Shown here piece by piece: positions 8,208 through 16,179 of a DNA stretch of 34,726 nucleotides (position 1 is its first letter; each line of letters starts with the position of its first letter). The notes beneath the pieces were generated by a model that was given only the letters and a program-made list of their open reading frames with translations, ran no database searches and was not told the DNA's origin. Both the position numbers and the translations under genes were made by a program. This stretch comes from a virus (taxonomy: Duplodnaviria > Caudoviricetes), in IMG/VR virus record IMGVR_UViG_3300005713_000011, positions 1-34,726 of that record, one strand, 5' to 3'.

Positions 8208-8291
8208 TGACACGTTCGCGGCACTGTCCTAGAAAACCGGACATACCGAGCACGGCACACGCCGCCTCGCACTGGCAAAGGAGACGCCAAC
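8207..8291 (+). promoter_or_regulatory. Promoter/operator/leader cassette, copy B (operator site 3)
   Basis: TTGACACG...TGTCCTA-GAAAA-CCGGACA...CGAGCACGGCA-C-ACGCCGCCTCG...AAAGGAG...ATG. Confidence 0.8.
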
Positions 8292-8495
8292 ATGAACTGG
8301 AACACAATCCTCACCGCCGCCGACCTCGACGCGTTCCACCGCAACGGCCACGACCTCGCGTTCGCGTCACGCGAGCGTGCCTTCTACCAAAGCCGGACCG
8401 CCGCGCAACTCGCCTCGCTCGCGGCGCAAGCCTGGAACGCGAACGAACGGACCGCCTATGTGCTCGCGCGCTCGTATGCGGCACTTGCCGCCTAA
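8292..8495 (+). CDS. Small hypothetical early protein
   Basis: 67 aa, AAGGAG RBS. Confidence 0.7.
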   Translation: MNWNTILTAADLDAFHRNGHDLAFASRERAFYQSRTAAQLASLAAQAWNANERTAYVLARSYAALAA

Positions 8496-8496
8496 C

Positions 8497-8814
8497 ATGA
8501 TCAAGCTTCACCTTGCGAGGCCCGCCGCGTCGTGCGGCGGGCAACTTGCCATTGGGCGACCGGCGGCAACACCGGCCGCCCGCGTTCTCGTCGTCGTCGA
8601 GCGCGGCGACGATTCATGGCGTCTCGAAATCTGGACGCCCTTCGCACCGCGCGGCCGGTGCACGCACACGGGCAATCGCGATCGGCTTATCGCCATAGCC
8701 GCCGACATGGCCACGGCCGCCGACGAGGTTCACATACTGCCCTGCACCGCGTCCGACTGGTACGACACAACCTCGACCTATTCCGGCGCACCGAAGCGCA
8801 AACCCCGCGACTGA
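8497..8814 (+). CDS. Hypothetical protein
   Basis: ATG one base after the previous stop; fills the operon gap. Confidence 0.5.
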   Translation: MIKLHLARPAASCGGQLAIGRPAATPAARVLVVVERGDDSWRLEIWTPFAPRGRCTHTGNRDRLIAIAADMATAADEVHILPCTASDWYDTTSTYSGAPKRKPRD

Positions 8815-8831
8815 CAACGAAAGGAACGCCC

Positions 8832-9056
8832 ATGAAAATTTGGGAGGTCGTCGAGAACGACCATCAGATGCGGTTCTACTTTTACGCAACGAAGGCCGAA
8901 GCGCTCAAGCACGTTCGCGAATACGAACCGCCCGAGGGTTGGCAAGGCACCCCGCCCGTTCCCGAAATCAAATCGTTCGATGTCGAGCCGACCCGGAAGG
9001 GAATCGCCTCGGCGCTAAATTGGCTCATGACATTCACGTGTTTCAATGAAGGGTGA
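8832..9056 (+). CDS. Small hypothetical protein
   Basis: AAAGGA RBS; MKIWEVVEND...FYFYATKAEALK; 74 aa. Confidence 0.7.
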   Translation: MKIWEVVENDHQMRFYFYATKAEALKHVREYEPPEGWQGTPPVPEIKSFDVEPTRKGIASALNWLMTFTCFNEG

Positions 9057-9060
9057 AACC

Positions 9061-9573
9061 ATGACGATCGAAATCCCCGAACGCATGAAACGACTCGCGC
9101 GCGATTCGCGCGGGTTCCCAATTCCCTATGTGCAATTCCTCGACGCGAACGGCGTGCCGGACTTCCGCGTCATCGATGACCGCAAAATGCAACACGCGTT
9201 GCGCTTCAAGCTCTGCGGATTGTGCGGCGTTCCCATGGGCAAGCATGTGTATTTCGTCGGCGGCCCGGCCTGTGTTCAATACGGCGCATTTTACGACCCG
9301 CCGATGCACCACGATTGCGCCATGTTCGCGCTTCGCACGTGCCCGCATCTCGCGCGCTCGAAAGGCCGCTACGCCGAGCCGACACCGCGCGGCGACATGA
9401 CCGGCGCAAAGCTCGTCGTCGGCACGATGGACACGGACAAGTGCGAATGGTTCGCGCTCATGCACACGACCGGATTCGAGGTCGGCCGCACGCCGGAAGG
9501 CATGCTCTTGATCCGCGCAAAGCTCCCATGGCTCGACGTGGAACGCTGGAAAGATGGAGTCGTGCTCCCATGA
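9061..9573 (+). CDS. Phage hypothetical protein, Cys/His metal-binding
   Basis: RDSRGFPIPY...CGLCG...PPMHHDCAMFALRTCPHL; alternative start at 9046. Confidence 0.75.
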   Translation: MTIEIPERMKRLARDSRGFPIPYVQFLDANGVPDFRVIDDRKMQHALRFKLCGLCGVPMGKHVYFVGGPACVQYGAFYDPPMHHDCAMFALRTCPHLARSKGRYAEPTPRGDMTGAKLVVGTMDTDKCEWFALMHTTGFEVGRTPEGMLLIRAKLPWLDVERWKDGVVLP

Positions 9574-9800
9574 CACCGGAACAATTCCGCGCCATGGGCG
9601 AAGCGTTGTTCGGCGACGTGTGGCAGACGCCGCTGGCCGCCGAGCTTAACGTCGCGATCCGTTCGGTGCAGCGCTGGACGAGCGGCACGAACCCGATCCC
9701 CGACGACATCATTCCCAAATTCGAATCGCTTTGCCGACGGCGGGGCCTCGACCTGATCGACTTCGCCGACCGTCTCAAAGTCCACCACGTGAAGGAGTAA
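9570..9800 (+). CDS. Small HTH regulator, Aca-like (paralogue of 5344-5574)
   Basis: MTPEQF...WQTPLAAELNVAIRSVQRWTSGTNPIPDD; ATGA-coupled. Confidence 0.8.
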   Translation: MTPEQFRAMGEALFGDVWQTPLAAELNVAIRSVQRWTSGTNPIPDDIIPKFESLCRRRGLDLIDFADRLKVHHVKE

Positions 9801-10244
9801 CACGCATGAGCTTGAAACTGAGCAAAGACGAACGCGAGCGCAAGAACGCGCTTGAGGTCAAATTGCGCGACACCATGCAAGCGCTTGCCGACGCGATCGA
9901 GACTTACAACGGCGAGGTTGAGAAGCTCCGCGCGCCGGTCGAGACCGCCCTCGACGCGTACAACGCGGTCCTTACCGACGTGCGCGGATTGGCCGAGGAC
10001 ATCGCCACGCAAGCGAGCGAAGACATCGCCGACAAAAGCGAAAAATGGCAAGAGGGCGAACGCGGGCAGGCTGCGACCGAATATCAATCGACATGGGAAA
10101 ACGCCGTGTTCGATGACATCGAGGTCACTTGGCCCGACGAGCTTTCAATCGACGAACCCTCGCACGCCGACGACCTCGAACAATTGCCGGAGCAACCCGA
10201 ATGAACAAGAAGTTCGCCGACCGCCTCAAAGTCCACCACGTGAA
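9762..10244 (+). repeat. 32-bp direct repeat (31/32 identical) flanking ORF 9806-10204
   Basis: TTCGCCGACCG(T/C)CTCAAAGTCCACCACGTGAA at 9762-9793 and 10213-10244. Confidence 0.9.
9806..10204 (+). CDS. Acidic helical hypothetical protein
   Basis: 132 aa, AAGGAG RBS; about 34 D/E against about 13 K/R; KSEKWQEGERG motif. Confidence 0.75.
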   Translation: MSLKLSKDERERKNALEVKLRDTMQALADAIETYNGEVEKLRAPVETALDAYNAVLTDVRGLAEDIATQASEDIADKSEKWQEGERGQAATEYQSTWENAVFDDIEVTWPDELSIDEPSHADDLEQLPEQPE

Positions 10245-10255
10245 AGGATGACACC

Positions 10256-10507
10256 ATGTCGATTTATTCGAGCAATGAACTCGCCGCCCCGTTGTGTCCG
10301 TGCTGCACCCAGCCGATGCGTGACGAACCCGGCGACAATGCGACCTCACGCTATCGCAACGTTGTCATATGCTCCGCATGCGGAGTGCGCGAAGCGTTCG
10401 AAGGAGATTTCTGGACCGAGCTATTCCACAAGCACAAGTCCGCGATCCTCTTGAACGACCGCACGTGGCGGCGCGCGCACGACCTCGCCAACATTGTGAA
10501 GGAGTGA
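10256..10507 (+). CDS. Small zinc-finger protein
   Basis: CPCC...NATSRYRNVVICSACGVREA. Confidence 0.7.
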   Translation: MSIYSSNELAAPLCPCCTQPMRDEPGDNATSRYRNVVICSACGVREAFEGDFWTELFHKHKSAILLNDRTWRRAHDLANIVKE

Positions 10508-10514
10508 CACCACA

Positions 10515-10841
10515 ATGAAAGCCTTGAGCCTTGAACTGACACCGCGACAAGCTGGCCAATTGCTGACGATCTTGGGCGGGTTCATCGCTGGCCGAGCCGA
10601 CCCGGAAATTGACGGCCTCGTTCGGTCGATCCGATCACAAATGAAAAGACAACGCGTCGACTCACCGGCCGACGCGGATATTCGGGAACGGCCCGAGGAA
10701 CACGTTCAACAGCCACAGCACCACCGCGATCACGACGACCGCGTTCAAAATGTTGCGGATGATCGGTTGCATCGGAATGTACGTGTTAGCAAGCCACAGC
10801 AAGAGGCCGATGACGATCAACACGACGACAAGATCGATTAA
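10515..10841 (+). CDS. Hypothetical protein (3' part overlaps an antisense gene)
   Basis: AAGGAG RBS; last gene of the + arm. Confidence 0.45.
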   Translation: MKALSLELTPRQAGQLLTILGGFIAGRADPEIDGLVRSIRSQMKRQRVDSPADADIRERPEEHVQQPQHHRDHDDRVQNVADDRLHRNVRVSKPQQEADDDQHDDKID

Positions 10842-10847
10842 CGACAT
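10662..10847 (-). CDS. Small two-TM membrane protein (Thivi_2564-like)
   Basis: MSLIDLVVVLIVIGLLLWLANTYIPMQPIIRNILNAVVVIAVVLWLL; GGAGGG RBS. Confidence 0.75.
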   Translation of the reverse strand: MSLIDLVVVLIVIGLLLWLANTYIPMQPIIRNILNAVVVIAVVLWLLNVFLGPFPNIRVGR

Positions 10848-10972
10848 AGCCTTGCCCTCCAAATGAACGAAGCGCGGCCCGAGGTCCCCCTTGTGCCGCG
10901 CTTCGCCGTTACTGCGGTCCGGCTGCAACGTCCAACCGGTTGCGAGTTCAACGTCGACTCACGGACCGCAAC

Positions 10973-11236
10973 CTAAAACCATGTCTCCACAATCACCCGA
11001 TCATCGTCCGGACTACGCGCGAGACACACGCGCCCGGCTGGGATGGCATACCGCGCCGCCGCAAGCGTGTCAGCGACAAGCACCAGCGATGTCGGCGCGC
11101 CGGTGCGCGCCTCATGCACGCGAACCGTAAACTTCCCGGGGAAGTCCGCCGGGTTCTCGCACACGACGAACATCGGCAGAAACATGCCGCGAAAATCGAC
11201 GCGTGCGAAACTCTCGACGACGACGGATTGAATCAC
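10973..11236 (-). CDS. Phage hypothetical protein
   Basis: NPADFPGKFTVR...DTLAAAR...RSPDDDRVIVETW pattern; start uncertain. Confidence 0.65.
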   Translation of the reverse strand: MIQSVVVESFARVDFRGMFLPMFVVCENPADFPGKFTVRVHEARTGAPTSLVLVADTLAAARYAIPAGRVCLARSPDDDRVIVETWF

Positions 11237-11237
11237 G

Positions 11238-11396
11238 TCAATAGGTCCGGTGTCCGATATGCTGCCACTGATCCTTGTTCTCCCACGTGCTGCAATTCAC
11301 GTGATGCCCCTGCCAAAAGAACTCGTCGCATTGGCGGCAATAGTTCTTGGCAACCGTCTGTTGACACTCGCCGCAATGGTGCGTGTTCTTCTTCAT
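11238..11396 (-). CDS. Small Cys/His-rich protein
   Basis: CGEC...CRQC...HH..C; 52 aa. Confidence 0.5.
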   Translation of the reverse strand: MKKNTHHCGECQQTVAKNYCRQCDEFFWQGHHVNCSTWENKDQWQHIGHRTY

Positions 11397-11440
11397 CGCG
11401 GCTTTACCTTGGGCTCGTCGGCTAGCGCCATGACCAGCCC

Positions 11441-11485
11441 AAAAAATAACCCCGCCGGGGCCCTTTGGGGGCAAGTCCGGCGGGG
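11441..11485 (-). terminator. Rho-independent terminator on the - strand
   Basis: CCCCGCCGG/CCGGCGGGG stem followed on the - strand by TTATTTTTT. Confidence 0.7.
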
Positions 11486-11681
11486 GGCAATTCGTCATCA
11501 AACATGGGCATCTACCCCTAACGAGTCAATAATTTTACCTAACAGGTTGATTCCGTGTACTTTTCTCTTTCAGGACACCGGCTTAGACACGTAACCTCTG
11601 AGGATAATTTTTTACCTATCGCGCAATGTCGATGACTTCCTCCACCACTTCGGACGACGTAATCAGGATCGAGCGTCGGAC

Positions 11682-12008
11682 TCACGCTTCGCCCTCGCCG
11701 CGATGATATTCCCGCATATCGAATTCGCGCGTGAGGTCGTACGCCTCGTCGGTGTTGTCGAGCGTATGCGGCGCGAACGGCGCGGCAATGTGCCATTTGA
11801 GACCGCACCCGACACAGCGCACGTTTTCCGCTAGGCCACCTTGCGGCCCCGGGTTGAACATATGCCCGCCGCAATTCGGACATTGCCCTTTGGTGTAGAT
11901 CGCAACCGACGGTCCGTCGTTCGCATCAACCGCGCCCATGATCTGATCCGCGAGCGCGACCGATCTGCCGCGCACCGTGAGCGCACGCAAGCGTTCCTTA
12001 GTTGGCAT
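11682..12008 (-). CDS. Zinc-ribbon hypothetical protein
   Basis: CPNCGGHMFNPGPQGGLAENVRCVGCG. Confidence 0.65.
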   Translation of the reverse strand: MPTKERLRALTVRGRSVALADQIMGAVDANDGPSVAIYTKGQCPNCGGHMFNPGPQGGLAENVRCVGCGLKWHIAAPFAPHTLDNTDEAYDLTREFDMREYHRGEGEA

Positions 12009-12369
12009 GGGGAGACCTCAAGGTCCCGACGAGCTTGCGCGCCGCGCCCGCACGATAGGCGATGTCCGCAAGCTCGCGCTCGCACTCGGCGCAATGCGGC
12101 GTCTTGATCTCGCGCATGGCCTGTTGCTGCACAAGCGCCATGAAATCGAACGCCATCATGGAAAGCGCGAACGCGCTCAGATGGTTTTGATACAGGTCGA
12201 TCGCCGTCCGGTTCCCGCCCAATGGCACGACCTCGAGCAACGCAAACACCGGATTTTCTCCAAGCTCGAGACGGTCCGCGATCGTGCGCAAAAGCTTGAT
12301 GATGTTCTTGCGCGTTTCGCCGCCTTGGTCCGTCGGACCGACGCTTAAGCTTTCGACCGTTTTTCCCAT
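11998..12369 (-). CDS. Hypothetical protein
   Basis: ATG at 12369 after GAGGG; short overlap with the next gene. Confidence 0.55.
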   Translation of the reverse strand: MGKTVESLSVGPTDQGGETRKNIIKLLRTIADRLELGENPVFALLEVVPLGGNRTAIDLYQNHLSAFALSMMAFDFMALVQQQAMREIKTPHCAECERELADIAYRAGAARKLVGTLRSPHAN

Positions 12370-12433
12370 GCTGACCCTCAAAGCCGGTTGCCGCATCCCC
12401 CAGCTTTGCGGGAAACTCCCCCCATGTCCAGCG

Positions 12434-12805
12434 TCATTGCAACCCGATGAACTTGCGCACGGAAATCACGCAATCGAATGGTTCGGTCGAGCCGTCGGAA
12501 AATTCCACGAGATAGGTCACGATATAATCGGCACCGGCGAGACCGTTCTTGAAGAATTGCGCAACGATCTCGCCGGTGATGATCCGCGCGCCGTCGAGCT
12601 TTGCCGCCGGTGACGGGTCGACGACTTCCGAATCGGGATGCATGCGGCACGTGACCGTCGTTCCGTTCGTGATCGTGAGCCGACCCGACTGATTGAACTT
12701 CTGTATTTGGTCCAAGTGCCGGGTGACCGACAGCGACAGCAACGGCCGCGCTTCCGGCGATGCATCCGTGAATCTGAGAATGGCAACGTTCGGTGTCGTG
12801 CTCAT
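12434..12805 (-). CDS. Putative fibre-tail adaptor protein
   Basis: C-terminal FFKNGLAGADYIVTYLVEFSDGST...VISV resembles (from memory) phage fibre-adaptor proteins; ATGA-coupled to the repeat fibre gene. Confidence 0.55.
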   Translation of the reverse strand: MSTTPNVAILRFTDASPEARPLLSLSVTRHLDQIQKFNQSGRLTITNGTTVTCRMHPDSEVVDPSPAAKLDGARIITGEIVAQFFKNGLAGADYIVTYLVEFSDGSTEPFDCVISVRKFIGLQ

Positions 12806-14682
12806 TGGTCAATTGTCCGTTTCCTATCGCCGCCCGATAAGCCGCGATCACGCTTCCCGCCGAACATGCCGCGCAAACGCGCCGCGCCGCGCACAAAATA
12901 ATCCGGGTCGACCTTCACCGTGCCCAGAGCCGAGACGACGAGCGTCGGCACCGCGAGCGCAACCGCCCGGACGGTTGCAATCCGCCCTTGATAGAGCCGC
13001 ACATGCGGCGTCGTGAACACGGCGAGACGCTTGCCGATCGCGCGCACGATCGACGGCACCGGCGCGGCGAAGGCCTGCAGCGTTGCCGTTGCCGATCGCA
13101 TCAGACGCGGCACCGGCGTTACCGACGCCAGCACCGCGCGAAGGTACGACTTGACACCGGCCACGGTCGGCACCGGAATCGTCGAGGTCGTGAGCGCGCG
13201 CGCAAGGGATTTGACGAGCGACGGCACCGGCCCCGTCGTCACCCGGAGCACCCGCGCGATCGATCGCACGAGCGCCGGAACCGGTGCCGTCACTCCCGCG
13301 ACGATCTTACCGGCTGCACGGGAGGAGAACGGCACCGGCGTCGTCGAGGTCAGAACCGAGCGCAAGAACGCTTTCGCCGCCGACAGCGTCGGCACCGGCA
13401 TCGTCGTGATCAAGAGCGAGCGCAGAAGCGCAAGCCCGGCCGTGAGCGACGGCACCGGCGTCGCCGTGATCCGCACGAGCTTGCCGATGCTGCGCACCAG
13501 CGACGGCACCGGCGTCGTCGTGATCGCGAGCGCGCGAACGAACGATTTCACGAACGCGAGCGCCGGGACCGGCGTCGTCGTCGTGAGCACCGAACGCAGA
13601 AACGATTTCGCCGCGACGAGCGACGGCACCGGCGTCGTCGTCACGGCAAGCGCGCGCGTGAGCGCTCGCACGATCGAACCCGCGGGGTTCGTCGATGCCA
13701 ACACAAACTTGCCGACATCGCGCTTGAGCGCCGGGCCCGGCGTCGTGAACGCGAGCACGGCACGCAACAGTGTCTTGATTGCGGCGAGAGTCGGCACCGG
13801 CGTCGTCGAGGTCGAGAGCGAACGCGCGAGCGAGCGCACAAGCGACGGCCCCGGCGTCGTCGTGATCAAGAGCGACCGCGCGATCGAGCGCACGAGCGCC
13901 GGAACCGGCGTCGTTTGCGTGCGCGTGATCTTCGTCGCATCGCGCACAAGGCGCGGGCCCGGCGTCGAGGTCGTGAGTGCGAGCTTGCCCGCCGCGCGCG
14001 CGAGCGACGGCACCGGCGTCGTCGTGGTCAATACCGATTGATTGAAATTGGTGCCGCCCGCCGTCGGCCTGTACACCGCGATTCGCGTTGCCGCGCCGCG
14101 TATCGTTCCGGACGACACCGTCCAGGTCGGATTCTCCGCCGCCGTGTCGGCCGCGCCCTTGATCTTGTACGCAAGCGCACCACCGTAAAATGCGCCGCCT
14201 TCCTGGAATTGGCCCAGGATCGTGAAGCCGCTGCCGATCGTGAAAACCGCATCGCCGCCTTGCGCGACGCTCGTCACGATCAACGAACCGCCGACGGCTG
14301 GCGTTACGCTTCCGGGTTGAAACGACGACACCGCGCCGACGGTCGTGCCGTTCTGCGTATCGAAGCCGCCGCTTGCACCGGAGAACAGTGCAAAGAATAT
14401 CGCCGGGAAATTCGACGACCCCGTCGCCGTCGCCGTGTGCCCGGTGCCGACCGTCGGATTGACGCAATCGGCGAAGCGCGAGCGAAGGTCCGCGAGCGTC
14501 GACGCCGTGCGCGGCGTGTAGCCGTTCGATTTCGAATCCGAAACCGTGACGATCGGCTGCCCGCCCTCGTCGCTTGTGGCAATGATTGCCAAGTTTGCGC
14601 CGGTCGAATTCACCGCCGACGTTGTGACGCTGTTCCCGTCGGACGATGTCGCTTCGGTGTCGACGACGAGCGCGATTGCCAT
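12802..14682 (-). CDS. Repeat-stalk fibre-like protein with N-terminal beta-rich domain
   Basis: 626 aa; about 210 aa Ser/Thr/Gly-rich head, then about 20 TTPVPxL repeats of 18 or 20 aa. Confidence 0.75.
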   Translation of the reverse strand: MAIALVVDTEATSSDGNSVTTSAVNSTGANLAIIATSDEGGQPIVTVSDSKSNGYTPRTASTLADLRSRFADCVNPTVGTGHTATATGSSNFPAIFFALFSGASGGFDTQNGTTVGAVSSFQPGSVTPAVGGSLIVTSVAQGGDAVFTIGSGFTILGQFQEGGAFYGGALAYKIKGAADTAAENPTWTVSSGTIRGAATRIAVYRPTAGGTNFNQSVLTTTTPVPSLARAAGKLALTTSTPGPRLVRDATKITRTQTTPVPALVRSIARSLLITTTPGPSLVRSLARSLSTSTTPVPTLAAIKTLLRAVLAFTTPGPALKRDVGKFVLASTNPAGSIVRALTRALAVTTTPVPSLVAAKSFLRSVLTTTTPVPALAFVKSFVRALAITTTPVPSLVRSIGKLVRITATPVPSLTAGLALLRSLLITTMPVPTLSAAKAFLRSVLTSTTPVPFSSRAAGKIVAGVTAPVPALVRSIARVLRVTTGPVPSLVKSLARALTTSTIPVPTVAGVKSYLRAVLASVTPVPRLMRSATATLQAFAAPVPSIVRAIGKRLAVFTTPHVRLYQGRIATVRAVALAVPTLVVSALGTVKVDPDYFVRGAARLRGMFGGKRDRGLSGGDRKRTIDQ

Positions 14683-14685
14683 CGA

Positions 14686-16179
14686 TCACCGTCCGTTGCC
14701 CGGCGGCGTGATCCGGTCACGCCGCGCGAACACGCCGCGCACATGCACCGCGCCGACGCGCAAATATTTCGGGTTGATCTTGATCGTGCCCAGAGCCGAC
14801 ACGAGAAGCGACGGCACGGTCATTGCGAGCGCCAGAAGCATCACCGGACGCGCCGCCGACAGAGACGCGAGCGGCGTTGTGAGCACGGCTAGGCGCTTCG
14901 CCATGGTGCGCGCGATCGACGGCACCGGCGCGGTCGAGGTTCGAAGCGCAAGCGCGGCCGACTTCAGCAATCGCGGCACCGGACTCGTCGAGGTCAAAAG
15001 CGACCGCGCGAAGGATTTCACCGACGCGAGAGTCGGCACCGGCACGGTCGACACGGCGAGCGAACGCGCGAGCGACTTCACGATCGACGGCACCGGTGCC
15101 GTCGTCGTTCGGAGCGCGCGAGCGACCGAACGGACAAGCGACGGCACCGGCGAGGTCGGCACCTGGACGAGCTTCGCCGGTAACCGCTGGACGGACGGAA
15201 CCGGCGTCGTCGTTATGAGCACCGAACGCAAAAGCACCTTGATTGCCGCGAGCGACGGCACCGGCGTCGTCAACACCAAGAGCGAACGCGCCAGCGACTT
15301 CACGATCGACGGCACCGGCGAGGTCGTCGTGCGCAACGCGCGCGCGATCGAGCGCACGAGCGACGGCACCGGCGAGGTCGACACCAAGAGCGCGCGCGCG
15401 ATCGAGCGCACAAGCGACGGCACCGGCGTCGTCGAGGTCAGCACCGAACGCAAGAACACCTTGAGCGACGACAGCGACGGCACCGGACTCGTCGAGACCA
15501 GGAACGAACGCGGCGAGGATTTCGAAAGCGACGGCACCGGCGTCGACGTGATCAAGAGCGCGCGCGCGATCGAGCGCACAAGCGACGGCACCGGCGTCGT
15601 CGTGACGAGCACCGATTGCAGCCGCGTCCGGATCGAAGCGAGCGACGGCACCGGCGTCGTCAACACCAAGAGCGAACGCGCCAGCGACTTCACGATCAAC
15701 GGCACCGGCGTCGTCGAGACGAGGAACGAACGCGGCGAGGATTTCGAAAGCGACGGAACCGGCGTCGACGCCGTGAGCAACGCACGCGCCAGCGACTTCA
15801 CGACCGACGGCACCGGCGTCGTCGTGACGAGCACCGATTGCAGTTTCGTCCGGAGCGCCGCGAGCGACGGCACCGGCGTCGTCAACACCAAGAGCGCCCG
15901 CGCGGTCGAGCGCACGAGCGACGGAACCGGCGTCGTCAACACCAAGAGCGCCCGCGCCAGCGACTTGACGAGCGATGGAACCGGCGTCGTCGTCGTGCGC
16001 AACGCACGCGACAGCGCCTTGACGAGCGACGGCACTGGCGAGGTCGACACCAACAGCGAACGCGCGAACGACTTCACGCTCGACAGCGCCGGTTCCGGCG
16101 TCGTCGTCACAAGCACGGATTGATTGAATTGCGTCCCCGCCGAAACCGGAAGGGTTGGATACCAGAAGAACGCGGACAC
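14686..16179 (-). CDS. Repeat-stalk fibre-like protein without a head domain
   Basis: 497 aa; about 22-24 TTPVPSL repeats of 18 or 20 aa; shares the FNQSVL entry and the VSALGTxKxxPxY C-terminus with 12802-14682. Confidence 0.75.
   Translation of the reverse strand: MSAFFWYPTLPVSAGTQFNQSVLVTTTPEPALSSVKSFARSLLVSTSPVPSLVKALSRALRTTTTPVPSLVKSLARALLVLTTPVPSLVRSTARALLVLTTPVPSLAALRTKLQSVLVTTTPVPSVVKSLARALLTASTPVPSLSKSSPRSFLVSTTPVPLIVKSLARSLLVLTTPVPSLASIRTRLQSVLVTTTPVPSLVRSIARALLITSTPVPSLSKSSPRSFLVSTSPVPSLSSLKVFLRSVLTSTTPVPSLVRSIARALLVSTSPVPSLVRSIARALRTTTSPVPSIVKSLARSLLVLTTPVPSLAAIKVLLRSVLITTTPVPSVQRLPAKLVQVPTSPVPSLVRSVARALRTTTAPVPSIVKSLARSLAVSTVPVPTLASVKSFARSLLTSTSPVPRLLKSAALALRTSTAPVPSIARTMAKRLAVLTTPLASLSAARPVMLLALAMTVPSLLVSALGTIKINPKYLRVGAVHVRGVFARRDRITPPGNGR

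Noticed and set aside
10662-10847. Holin or lysis cassette
   Set aside because: It has two TM helices, but no endolysin or spanin is recognisable nearby; lysis genes are probably outside the window.
12960-16125. Regularly spaced GACGGCACCGGCGTCGT units resembling a CRISPR array
   Set aside because: The period is 54/60 bp and in frame, the units are degenerate at codon positions, the intervening sequence is itself repetitive, and there are no cas genes.
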